Positions 40,701 to 52,600 of a stretch of 64,000 nt of DNA are shown piece by piece. Source of the DNA: Lingula anatina (Eukaryota; Animalia; Brachiopoda); contig CM120648.1 of NCBI GenBank assembly GCA_051362555.1, forward strand, positions 13,326,587 through 13,390,586. Direction: 5' to 3'. The notes beneath the pieces are model-generated. The model saw nothing but the letters and a program-made list of their open reading frames with translations, made no database searches and was not told the origin of the DNA. Both the position numbers and the translations under genes were made by a program. The first letter of the stretch is position 1; each line of letters begins with the position of its first letter.

Positions 40701-43700
40701 TCTGACAGCAGAAAGCCCACGACTGAGTGGCCTTGGAAACTACGTGCAGCGTAAGATTCAGACAAAGAGTCTGCGTTACTGCATGCATGTGTGGGTGATG
40801 AGATACACACAGCTACAGGAAGTGAAGCGCTATCACAGCTGCTCCCTGGTAAAGAGGTAAGAGGAATGAGTAAGGACTTGTTGAATTTTCTCACTGGTGA
40901 AAAGGGAACAGAAATGAAATAGGTTTTTTTTTTTTTTTTTTTTTTGGGGGGGGGGGGGGAGGAGATATTGGCCTGGGAGGGGAAATGTTACACCTTCTGT
41001 AAGACTCCTGTGCATTAATTGAGGGAGAGAAGTTTAGAAACTTGTTGAATTTTCATAAGAAAGAATATTTCAAAATGGATAATTCCGAGGAATACGAGTG
41101 ATTTTTTTTTTCTTTTTTGGGTGCTACCTGTTATAATGACAGTAATGATAATTACAAATAACAGAAGAAAAAGTTTAACTTAGTTACTTCATTAATTGTA
41201 TTCAGACATGGTTGATTTGTTAACCAGCTTGGGTCTAAAACATATCACAGGATGTTGGAATAAAGCTAGATATTTGAAAGGCACAGGTACATGTAGTCTG
41301 AGTAGTCCTGCCTGTTGGTTGCCATACAGGCAATTTCCAGTGTGTCTCAAACATTAAGATCATTGAATTATCTCTTCAGATGTTTCCGAGGCTGGTGCAC
41401 TTGGACAAGAGAAAGATCAGACATGAGAGTCAAGAGCGAAGAGTTCTGTCAGAAGAGACTGAAGAGGGCAGCACTGAGAGGTTGGCAGAGGCGATATCGC
41501 AACACGTACCTGGCAGAGCAGAGATATGTGCTGGTGTGGAAGGAGTTCCTGGCTGACATATTGGAAAGGTGGCACTTCTGGGCAGCAGGTGAGTATTCAG
41601 CTTAAATTGTATAATATTTAGGTCCTATACAGCAATAAGTTAACTTATGTCATGTAAGAAGATGAAGTCCAAGAAGTTGCACTGTTACTCCTAAATCCAT
41701 ATTTGTACAGATGCATGCACAGGTTAACATACGAAGAATACTTTAAGAACTTCATTCCATAGATGTTTTATGCTTAACAGCAGCCTGTCTGATTCCTCAA
41801 TAACTGACTTTTCTGTTCAATTAACTGTACCATGTGCACTGGTCTATCCTTATTTTTACAGAGCGTCACTTGCAGTCAGCGGTGGGTGAACAACTGGAAG
41901 CCAGACTTAGGCTGCGTGCTGTGGCGAAGACCTTCAGGACCTGGAAGGCGGAGACTCACAAGTGCCAGCAGATGCAGAAGATTTACCACGCTTCATTGCT
42001 TTCGCGTAGTTTTCATGCATGGCAGAAGCTGGCGCAACGAAAGAAGGAGCTTGCTGAAAGGTTGTCTAACTTTGTTGTGAGGCAACAGGAAAACAAGGTA
42101 AAACTTACTAGAAATGTGAGAAAAATACAGTTTTAATTATATGTTAACTTTTTAACTGAAACAATCATATTTAATAATTGTTATGAAAAAAGCTACGTTT
42201 ATTTTTAACAAAGCAGTGTTGTAAAATGTAGTCATTAGAAATAGAAAATATATCAATTAAGATATTTAGTATGCTTGAATTTTGATAATTAATCATGTAC
42301 TTTGACATCATGTTCCAGCTTAAGCGTGTATTCCTGGCCTGGAAGTCAGACTGGCTGCGTAGTAAGGCAGAAAGTGAGTTACACCAGCTCAGAGTTCATC
42401 ACAATGTGGTCAAGATGGCCAAGAAATGGAAGCAGAGGACACAGCAGTCTAGAGGGGAGAGACAGAGGAGAAAAGCTCTCCTGGCTATGGTACGTGGTTG
42501 AATTGATGAACTATAATGCATTGTTATTGATTCTCTAAATATAAACATACAAAAATAGATGATTATCTTTACATGCATTATTACATCGTACATGGGGTAT
42601 GATAAACAACAATTTGCTAGGTTTTGAACACTACAGTTTTGGCAACACATTACAAGAAGAGCAGCTTCATAAAACTTATTTGAACTGATATCCTCGTCCA
42701 CAGTTGTAAATTGAACATTGCCAAAAAAAATCATTTACAGGTTGGATCATATAATTATTGATCAGACTGTCAGAAATTATATGTTGGTCCTAAAAGAATT
42801 TGATCAGTCACTGCATCATGTCTGTAAATCATCTTTTTACAAATACACAAACTCAAACATTTGTTTAGATTTAAATATCATATACACTGCCTTTCCATTT
42901 GATAACAATTGTAGACAACAAAAATTTCTTTTATTGACGTTTAAGCTGTTATATGTCCATAGATAGCACAATTTGTTACTATTTTGGTGAATTTCATGGA
43001 TACTGTTGTTACTGTGACTTTCTTTGTTTCGTTCTTTGTTTGTTTCATTGTTTGTACAGATATTTTTATGCTATCTTCCATGTCTGATATACATTTTGTC
43101 TACTGCTATCTACTGCCCCTCCTTTGTGGTGGCTACTCTCTATACTCTTAATCACGTGATTCAACACAGTCACTGTTCATCTAATCGTTACCTCTGACCA
43201 CATGGTCATGTGACTTGGTGCACTTACAAAAACACTTCATGTTTACATGTAAAATTCTGTTATTTTCCAGGCGTTCAAGTGTTGGAGGGGCCGGCTCCAG
43301 AACAAGCTGTCTCTTAAGGGCAAGGTGTACATCCTGGGCCGTCTTTGGCGCTGGAAAGCACAAAGGAACCTGACACAGGAAAATATGGCGCTGCAGCTGC
43401 AGGACAAGTTCCGTAGACGTCAGTTGAGCCGAGTGTTTACTCACTGGAAGGAGACATATTGGAAGCTGCACTGTGCTGAACAACACCATATAGACAGCTT
43501 GGTAGCAAGGTACTGGAATTATAAAGTTTATACTATTATTATTATATCACTGTAGCACTAATTTCTGTGGAATCTTCATTCTAAATTGCATACTATTGAT
43601 GTTAAGTTGTTGAAAAATTTGTGCAGTTTAAAAAATGTTAATTGACCATCTTTGTGTCACTATGTTTTACCTTAATTATTAAGTTATTATTATTATTATT

Positions 43701-43845
43701 TTAATGTTATTATTTATTGTTATTGCAGTGCTTTCCAAGGCTGGTTGGAGTTTACAGAAAAGAAGAAAGATCTTGCTTACAAACTTCAGCTGTACCTGGA
43801 CAAGAGGCACACAGACCAGGTAAAAAACTCTGTCCCCCCCCCCTC

Positions 43846-43889
<44 letters not shown>

Positions 43890-46800
43890 GATGAACAATC
43901 AAAATAACTGCTGTTGATATAAGATTAATAATTACCAAAATATATCTAAAAAAAAATGAAACAAATTTGTCCATTTTGGAGTGAGTTTTGCCAACTTCAG
44001 AGAACTATTATTTGTGCACACTAAAACTTCAGTAGAAAAAGAGAATTGATGGCATATATGTTAGGGTATCATCTTCTCCAGTATGTTATTTATTGAAAGT
44101 TGTTTTCCCTTTCAGCTCATTGTGGCGATGAAGATCTGGAAGAAAGAATTCAAGGGCAGCGCCAGGCGTAAGAAACTACTGCAGCACCACCTGGAGGAGA
44201 GAAACCACAAACTTGTAAACAAGATGTTTGTCAAGTGGCATGACGAGACATTAAGACAAAGAGCTGAGAAACGTTACGAAGGTTCCATTCTGTTGAGGAT
44301 AGTAGTGACATGGCATAAGTGGGCACATGGTATGCAGGCTTAAATTATCATTGAAATGAATTAAATATCAATTAAGTCCTCTAACAGTTAAATTCTGTCT
44401 ATGAGAAATGTAGTGATAAATTTTGACTTATTTGTGCAAAGATCTTAATTGGCCCTATAAAACGTTCTTTTATTGATGATAAATTTTGTTATTTATCAGA
44501 ATGTACTTGATAATAGTCACTTCATCTCATTAACGTTAAATTATTGTTCCTTTAATGTCAAAAATGTATTTAAGTGAGTTTTTTAATAAAATGAAACACT
44601 GTTAGACATTATGATATAATGATATACTTACCATGTGCAGACAAGAGAGCCAGAATGGCCAGATGTCAGGAGCTGCAGACCAGTTTTGCACGTAATAACC
44701 TCAGGTCAGCATTCCTTACTTGGCATCAGAACACCAGGGTGCAGCACCGTGCGGCGGCACACTACCAGCAGACACTCACAGTCAGGTATGTGTTTAACTC
44801 TCAATACTGGGCAACAGCATGGAAATTCTCGGGATGAAAACAGACATGGTTTATTTCTTTAAAAGAGTAGATCAACACCTGTTAAGAACAATACTACAGT
44901 TAGTAATTAATGTATCTCTATCTTGGAAGTAATTACTAGACAATATTTGTATCAAGTTTTTTATTCCATGTAGTCCTTTGGTAATACACTTTGTTATAAA
45001 CTTTGTCTATATATTTGGTTTATCAGTGTTTATAGAATTTCAGGATGAATGAAGACAGCAGGATAGTAGTGTTGCTTGTAAAATTAATTGGATTTTATTT
45101 CCTTCTTCAGAATGTTTTTCTCCTGGCTTCACCATGTTCGACATCAAAAACAACTTAAACAACTCAGCACACAGTTCCAGCAGCGCAAAACCGCCATCAT
45201 TTCCCAGCATGCTTTTCTCAAGTGGAAGCTACGCTATCAAGTCAACATGCAGCTGAATGTTCTGGTGAAGCAGAAGCAAGCCATGCATGAAAGAAAGCTT
45301 CTCCAGGATTGCTTTGCATTGTGGATTGAGAAAGTTTGCGAACGCCAGGCACATGAGCACTATGAGAGAGTGTTGATGAGACGGGCAATGGCGCAGTGGA
45401 AGAGGTTTGTCCATAAGAAGAGGATGGAGAAACAAATGGAGGGAGACTTAATGGACTTGGCACAGCAGCATTATGAGGCTAGTCTGAGGTAGGATGAAAT
45501 ATTCATGGGAGAAAAATAAGATTTTTTAGATTCGAAAGAGCAAAACTTCTGATCTCTTTATCAAAGTTGTTGACTTCAATATTGGTAAATCCATATAATC
45601 ATGCTGTGAAAAAGTCAGAATTTCAGAAGTTGCCTCAACCTAATTGTAGTTACTGCATTTCTCTGGGCTAAAGATATCAATTTCTGTGAGATGAGAAATG
45701 TTTCTGTGTTCCATTTCAGTGATAATATTAAAATGTTATATCTATTACAAGTTTTTTAAGTACAATTTAGTTGCATGCATCTGTCTGGATTTTTTATCAT
45801 AACATAAAAGGATCAACTATGGAAGTTCAAAGAACTTTTCCACCATCTAACTCTTAGTTCTCTTCACCTTTTCAGGAAACTTGTACTGCATGCATGGTGC
45901 AATGAGGTGCTGGTTGCTAGGCAACTAAAGAAGAGACAGCTCCATCTGGTGGCAAGATATGCTAAGATCTGGAAGCAAAGGGTTGCCATGGTGAAGGCTG
46001 CAAAGCAGATGGTATGCATAAACAGTGATCAGAATAAAATAATGAAAAATATTTTGTTTAGAAATAAACAGTGTTTTGTGATTTAGCAACATGTCTTTAT
46101 ATGCAATTTTTTAAAATATCCTCACTTCATTTATCACAGTTTGGGGTAATGTAACAAATGTCACTGAATTATTGCTGAGACACCAGAAAGTATAAAATTT
46201 CGCTGTATCTTCAGGCCCAGAAGCACAAAGTTGATCATTGTTGGAGGAAGTGGAGAAAAGCTCTGATCCAGTCCCAGGTATCCAAGAATATGCTGATACA
46301 GGACAACAAGCAGGTGCTCACACAGGTAAGGCTGGCCAAAATGCAGCTTGATTGATTGATTTTTTTTTTTTTTTTTTTTTTTGTGCAGCATTCCAATCTT
46401 TCATACTGTGCATCCTTTAAATAAGCCATTATGCAAATTGTAGTTGGAAGTTGAGTGTGAACTTAATTTAAATGTTCACATTTATGTAGAAATTAACTCC
46501 AAAATTTGCAACACATTAATAAGATAACAAATTGAGATGAAGATGAAGTGTTTGTCAAGGAATAAATTCAGTTATAAGTTTAAATTAATTCAGTTTTAGA
46601 AACTTCATTTATTTTCACATTTTATATTTTCAAGATTCAGTATTTGAGCCACACAGAACATTCTTTTGGCAGCAATGCTATTCATTTATTGAAAGTTAGC
46701 TATAAAATCAGAAAGCATTACTTACTTTGTCCTTCATACAGTCAAAAGAGCATTATCTGAGACTACCTAGAATGTTATATATCAAGATGTGTATATTTTT

Positions 46801-47058
46801 GCCCTGCAGGTGTTTGTGACCTGGAGACAGATGGCGCTGCTGAGGTCCCTGGCCAAGAAGTGCAGCCAGCAGCAGCAGAGCCACCAATTGCGTCTCACCT
46901 TCCAGCAGTGGCGACAAAAGTACAACAGTAGCAGCTCAGGGGGAAGTTGTCGCAGTTCCAATGCCAGTCTCTGTACCACAGATCGTAGTTATATATCAGG
47001 AAGGAGCTCCGTAGACACACCTCTGCCGATGGTGATGCCTTTCAGTGAACAGTTCTGA
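16740..47058 (+). CDS. Large Sfi1-repeat (centrin-binding-like) protein, ~2,433 aa, 32 coding exons; SFI1/C1orf167/CCDC191-like, orthology unresolved
   Basis: Phase-consistent GT-AG exon chain: 16737(ATG 16740)-16881, 19517-21126, 24412-24467, 29067-29199, 30956-31023, 31325-31550, 31981-32180, 32593-32679, 32917-33198, 33593-33823, 34476-34708, 35056-35242, 35643-35747, 35988-36213, 36655-36830, 37167-37402, 37766-37982, 38555-38726, 39112-39318, 40203-40346, 40672-40856, 41380-41588, 41862-42097, 42319-42489, 43271-43509, 43729-43819, 44116-44329, 44641-44785, 45111-45488, 45876-46011, 46215-46325, 46810-47058 (total 7302 nt, divisible by 3). Many repeats of the Sfi1 consensus A-x7-LL-x3-F-x2-W, e.g. 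AICYYHRKLLARCFRHW, LLKSFFARW, LLRQCFSGW, LLSRSFHAW, LLQDCFALW. True start may lie in an upstream exon. Confidence 0.85.
17938..18368 (+). repeat. Diverged tandem duplication, two ~200-bp units
   Basis: Both units begin ATTATCCCTCCTCCAAACTCTTCC (~17943 and ~18150) and stay alignable through AATATAATTTGAA and ATTACAA. Confidence 0.8.
22858..23298. mobile_element. Palindromic MITE related to family A, interrupted by a nested hAT-like MITE
   Basis: Near-perfect TIR GACCCTGTTCCCATACCTAGATTGATCTA / TAGATCAATCTAGGTATGGGAATGGGGTC; inner arms ACTGAGGCTGTTA / TAGCAGCTTCAGT. Confidence 0.8.
23004..23177. mobile_element. hAT-like MITE with 5-bp TSD (GTTTA)
   Basis: TIR CAGGGGC / GCCCCTG; internal repeated GACCGTCTTCC motifs; GTTTA at 22999-23003 and 23178-23182. 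Confidence 0.75.
26857..27083 (-). mobile_element. Diverged MITE related to family A
   Basis: Inverted arms CTAGCAGGAT..CTAAATTGCATTCAGTTTAAG / CTTAAACTGAATGCAATTTAG..ATCCTGCTAG; core GGGGGTAATTAACTTTCGT shared with family A in reverse orientation. Confidence 0.7.
30307..30402 (+). repeat. Degenerate ~15-bp minisatellite (CATGAAATTAACAAG-like), ~6-7 units
   Basis: Recurring (CA)TGAAAT at roughly 15-bp spacing. Confidence 0.65.
33895..34084 (+). mobile_element. MITE family A, copy 3 (internally deleted)
   Basis: Same core; lacks the ~25 bp between the two GACAG motifs present in other copies. Confidence 0.85.
34722..34783. repeat. (GA)n microsatellite, interrupted
   Basis: Directly visible just inside the intron after donor 34709. 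Confidence 0.9.
39553..39889 (-). mobile_element. MITE family B, copy 2
   Basis: Reverse complement of 6695-7031, TTAA on both sides. Confidence 0.85.
43849..43887. repeat. (CT)n microsatellite
   Basis: Directly visible. Confidence 0.9.
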
Positions 47059-49681
47059 TTTAGCAAAAATATCTCCGTATGCTAAGATGATACTGGATTG
47101 AACTCTTTGAGAAGTTTGTGGGCCACAGACTGCAACATAGGATAAAGTCCCAAGAAACTGGGATGGGGGGGGGGGATACAAACTACTGTGTCTTTCACAA
47201 ATTATTTCAAGGTGACATATAACACACTGTTACATAAATGTTGATATTTTTTTTCAAACTTGAAGGTCTTTCAGTTGGTGTCAGTTGACCAAGGCCCTGT
47301 TCCAAGTCTTTCTTGTTCAGTTGATGTTACAAACAAATACAAAGCAAACATTTGATGAATTCAAAGCAGGACCTGGGATATAAGTATTATTCACTGGTGG
47401 TGAAGATAATAAATAAAACTTGCATTTTAATACTACCAAGAAAAGAAGGTTAAGTAATTTATGAGGAAGACCTTTTTAAGTAGTTTATACACATCCAAGA
47501 AGATACTGATTATGGATATTTATATAAACAAATGATACTGTATTATATTTCAAGGGCAGCAAGCAGTAACTTAATATTTATTGCCTTTTATTCACGTTTC
47601 CATCCACTGGTCTCATTTTAAGTGACTTGTTCAAATGTTAATTTCCAAGTTTTTGTATATTTTTTCGTATTTAAGATAAACAGGCATTGAATTTATGCAG
47701 TGCCTACCGTCCATTTTTGTTTTGAATACAATTTGTATATAATGTTAGTTGTAAAAAGAAATGTATCATATTATAAACCATACCATGTCATATTATGTTG
47801 TACATTACATTTTGGTGCCAGCAAATTATCCTAGGGGATTTTCCTTTTTAGTGCTAAAATTAGCACATTGCTCAGAAAAGCTTATGAATCTGAATTATGG
47901 CCAAAACAGGAAACTTTTAATGTAGATGATTTAGTCATTAAGGTAGATAATGTTAGATGGAAACTTGTAATAACTTTTTTTTTTTCTACTCATTGTTGAA
48001 TTGGGAAAATCATGACAAAGTTGAACTTTGTCATAGATTTCATATTCAGTGCAAGAGGTTTCACCTTTAAATTTTAAAGCTTAAACTAAACTAAGATGTT
48101 AAGTTATTACAGTCTGATATAGTGGATGGTATTTATTATGGATTCTGACATTTGCATTGATATTCTTTGCATGTTATGCATGCCCTAACAGTGGTAGTCA
48201 TTCAGTTACTCAAAGGTAATACTCACACATGGGTCTTTGCTCAAATACTGTAGAATTCACTTTGACAATGTGCCATAAACAGCAAGACTTTGACATAATC
48301 AAGGAATTTACATATGGACTGGAAAACACTGCCTCTCTCATAACTATTGTATTTTCAGTATTTCTTAATTACAAAAAGTTTGGGGATTTTTTATGTTCTT
48401 TCTTCACCCTCACATTATTGCGAAGGTGAAATATTAGTTTTCAGTTGGATTTTTATTATTATTTTCAACAAAAAATTGTTTTATTGAATTTTTAAAAATG
48501 ACTGATTCATTCAGAAATGCTATATTTTTTGTATTGTATTTAGAAAGATGGTAAAAATCCCACATTTTAGTGATCCAGAACATTTTAGTCAATATGTTAG
48601 TGATGAAATCTGGTTGTTGGTATTTTGTAACTACGTATCACAGTAGAAAACTGTGATGTATTAAATGTGCCTTTGTATAATTTTCTACTTAACAACTGAG
48701 AAATGTATGTACTATTTTCTATCACTTTATAAGATTTTTTACATCTTGTTTAATGATAGAGAAATGTTGCTTAGATCCCAGATTTTTTCAAAAATCATTA
48801 AACGTAAAATTTAGCCCAAATGCTTTACCTCATCCTTAATTTTACTGAAAAAGAGAAATTATTACATTGTGTATCATGTTTGATTCATACAGTAGCATAC
48901 TGCCAGAATTGTCATCAGTATAGATGAATTCATTTTATCACTGAAAGTTATTAAATGCCTTAGAAAGTATCATGTACTGATGCTATTAACTTATTAACAG
49001 TAAGACTCTAGTCAAATTATTGTGTACAAAGAAAACTTATATTTGTATTTTGTAATAATTAACAAAGAGTGTGATTGAACCTTTTCACAATTTAAAATAA
49101 TATTTAATGTATAAATATAGAACTGGTCACATTGATGGGCGTGATTCATTGTAAAAATAAATTTTATGAATTATATATTATTAACATCTTGGTCTTTTGA
49201 TCTATAGCTATTCAAAACAAAAATAATATGCATCATTTTAAACAAGTAATATTTAACAAAAATAGTAATATACAAACTTAAGTATTAAAAATATGAAAAA
49301 AATTTATCTCAATGCAACCTACAAAACATCACATGGAAGAATTCCAATACAAATATTACACTTTTTACATGCCATGAACAAGTTCACAATGGTTGCGATG
49401 CACTATTTATCACAATTTGCACAGATAAAAGAATTTGAATCTACTTTCCCCTGGCTAACAAAAGTCAATGCATCTCAGGCAAAACTAGAGCAGGCAAGAG
49501 CTGTTGGCCATTACTGCCCTCTCATAGACCATGAATAAATTTAGTTTCACAAAATACATGTATGTGAAACCACAACTGCATTCAAGAAAAACAAAACCTG
49601 GTTCAGGGAAATCTGGTCAAGATGACAGCCAGTATAAATGACCCCAAACAACATCCCCACATCTATATAATCCATTCAATG

Positions 49682-52600
49682 TCACAGCTGCATCAGTATT
49701 TTAGCAGAGCTGTCCTCTGAGAGAGAGTCTTCCTGACAGCTGTCCTGAGGTACTGCAGATACATTAGTGTACACAACATATTCCACATCCTTGAATGATG
49801 CCCCTGACGTCTCCTTGCAGCCATTACTTCCCTCACAGGGGTTAAAAGAGGTTAAATTATTTCCATTGTCATAGCATGCAGGCGAGACAGAAGACAAAGG
49901 GTTTCCATCCAATATTGAGTCCTGTGAATTCGTGTCTCCAATAGATTGGCTATCAAAATGAGCATTTTCAATATCAAGATATGATCTGACCTGCTGACAG
50001 GAGCTGGGAGAGAACAGCTCTTTCTGGAGTGCAGACATGCTCTTCACAGGAGTGGACACTTCATAGCTGGACATGTCCTCACTCAGGACCCCAGGCCCTA
50101 TAGATGGGGTCAGTTCATGGGCCTCCAGCCACTGACCATTGCTGTTACTGTTATTATTATTGTTGTCATTGCCAGTGAGGATCTGGTTGTAGACTCCATT
50201 CCCTAACCCAGATCCTTCCTCTTGTGAGGAGTTGTGCACCTGCAGAGCAGGATGGTAGAGCTGAAGCCACTGTTTGAAAAGTGGGGACGGGAACGTAGCA
50301 TTACTCATCTGCACCTGGAGGTAGTACTCCTCCGCCTCAAAGTTCAGGTCCGTGGGCGGCGTGTACACCTGCGAAATGTTGGTCACGCGCTCATTCTCCA
50401 TGGCAAGGAAGTCGATGTAGTCAGAAACCAACTTCCCTATGGGCTGTGGAGGCTTGAACACTGACTGCTTGCTACGTGGGTAGACCACTCGCCGAGTGAC
50501 CAAGGAGTTGTGGTCTACAGCAGCACCATCTAGTGAGGAAAAAAAGTAGTCACAGAACAAACAGCAAAGGACATATAAGCAGCAATGCAATCTGCAGTTG
50601 TAAATGGTGCATAGTTCAAAATAAATTAGATACAAATTAATGCAAATTGTAAAAATAGTCAAGCATTAATAAACCATGCAGTATTTCTCTTTCAACTTTT
50701 TTTATTAATCTCTTTTAACTTATAATAAAAAGTCAGCAATTAAAATGACAACTATACTCAAAGTTTGAATTTTTTACAATAAATATATGATTTTCAAGGT
50801 GCATAAGAGCAAAAGAAAAATAAGTGTCCAAAGGAGTAGCATTTGCACTACTGAAAACCCTTAAGCATCATAATCAAATAAGATTAATTTAACTCAAACA
50901 TGAAAAGAAAAAAAAAATACCTATACAATTGACAGCTTCTTGGTTCTGGTTCCCATGCTCTGAATTCAGTATCCCACATTGAGTTATCGCATGGTCTCTC
51001 TGTTGAGGCCCACTGACCTCTGCTTGCAACATTGCCTCACTAGAGGGCGTTGTCTTGGGTTGGAGTGACTCTTCTTCGTTGAAATGAAATGAAAAGTCTG
51101 CAGGGAGAGATTGTTCTTTACCACTGCCACCATCATCTTTTGCAGTGATGTGTTCTTCTGATGGATTCTCTTGTGCTTCATTTCTTTTTGATACAATCCC
51201 ACTGGGTTGGTTGCTATTGCTTTGCTCCTTATTTTCTCCCACAATATTTTGGTTCAGCTGAGCATAATGTTGTTCAGGCTGTTGTAATGTTCTAGGGTTC
51301 TGCTCGAGTTGTTGCTGTTGTTGTTGTTGTTGTTCTTGCAGCGGTTGTTGATTGAAGAAATGTTGATGTTGTAGGTTCAGCTGTTGTTGCTGCCACTGCT
51401 GCTGCTGTTGAAGAAAAAGGTTGATGTTTCCTGGGTTTATGCCAACACTGTCATCTTGACATGGTGGATACTGATAAGCTTGCTTCTTCATGTATCTGTG
51501 AAACTCTGAAATGATGAAAAAGTTAGGTTCTAATTATATTGCATGACAAAAATGTGGTGTGAGTTATACCTGACTATATGGCTTTATAGGAATTTTCTAG
51601 TTATTTAAGAGATAACAACTGTTCATTTGGGCAAAAATGGATTTTCCTGGGGTCATCAATGATTTTCCAAAACTTGCCAATGGTTAATGAATCCACTTTA
51701 ACATTCAAAGTAAGCCTTTTTTTTCTACAAAGTTTGCTTTTTTTTTTTTTTGTAATAATCTCTTTTGTCATTATAACAGAGGGTAGCTATCTGTGAATGT
51801 CAGGTAGATGGCAAGCACAGATTCTAGAATAATTGCAATTACGGCCATTTTGATGGTAAAAAAGAATTTATTGTATTTCTGAGTTGTTACAATGTATTTT
51901 TTGTGAAACATGGATCTCATAGGAAGCGTTGTTATCCCTTTAATATTTATCACATTTTTTCAAAACTTTATTCATTTATTTCAATTACCTTGAATGCATT
52001 TGGAACTGACAATTAATCTTTAAAGCAAAAAATACATTGGGATTGTTGGCTTATGGTCTTATCAATGAACAATTTGTTTATTTATTAGAGCTGAAAGTTC
52101 AATTTTTAAACCAACATGACAAATTAAAATCAAATCAATATTTGTGACACAATATATCAAAACACCATTATCATACCTTCCCTAAACTTAGCCTGGCTCC
52201 ATGGAATGTTGCGTTCTACGCTCGAGGCAGGCATTTTGTACCTGATATGGTCTCTGGAGCTGCTGCCAGGCCGTCTGTATTTCCTTCTGCCGGGGTTTCT
52301 ACGTGGTGGTGTGCTCTCATTTCCTGGCATGGGACAGCTGGCATAATGTGGCATCCTGGCTGGCATGTAGCAGTTTGGGTTCCCTGCATGAGGAATGCCT
52401 ACTGGTGGCCTGAGAACAGAGGAATTAATTCACAATTAAATATTTTGAATTTTTATAAAAATTTATTCCTAGTAAAACAGGTAACTGATCAATAATATCA
52501 TAAAATAATGATATTTATTAATCATTAATCAATTTATTAATCATAAAACTACCAGAGCATGATATTAAATCAGAACTTGATATTGAAGCAATAATTTTCC

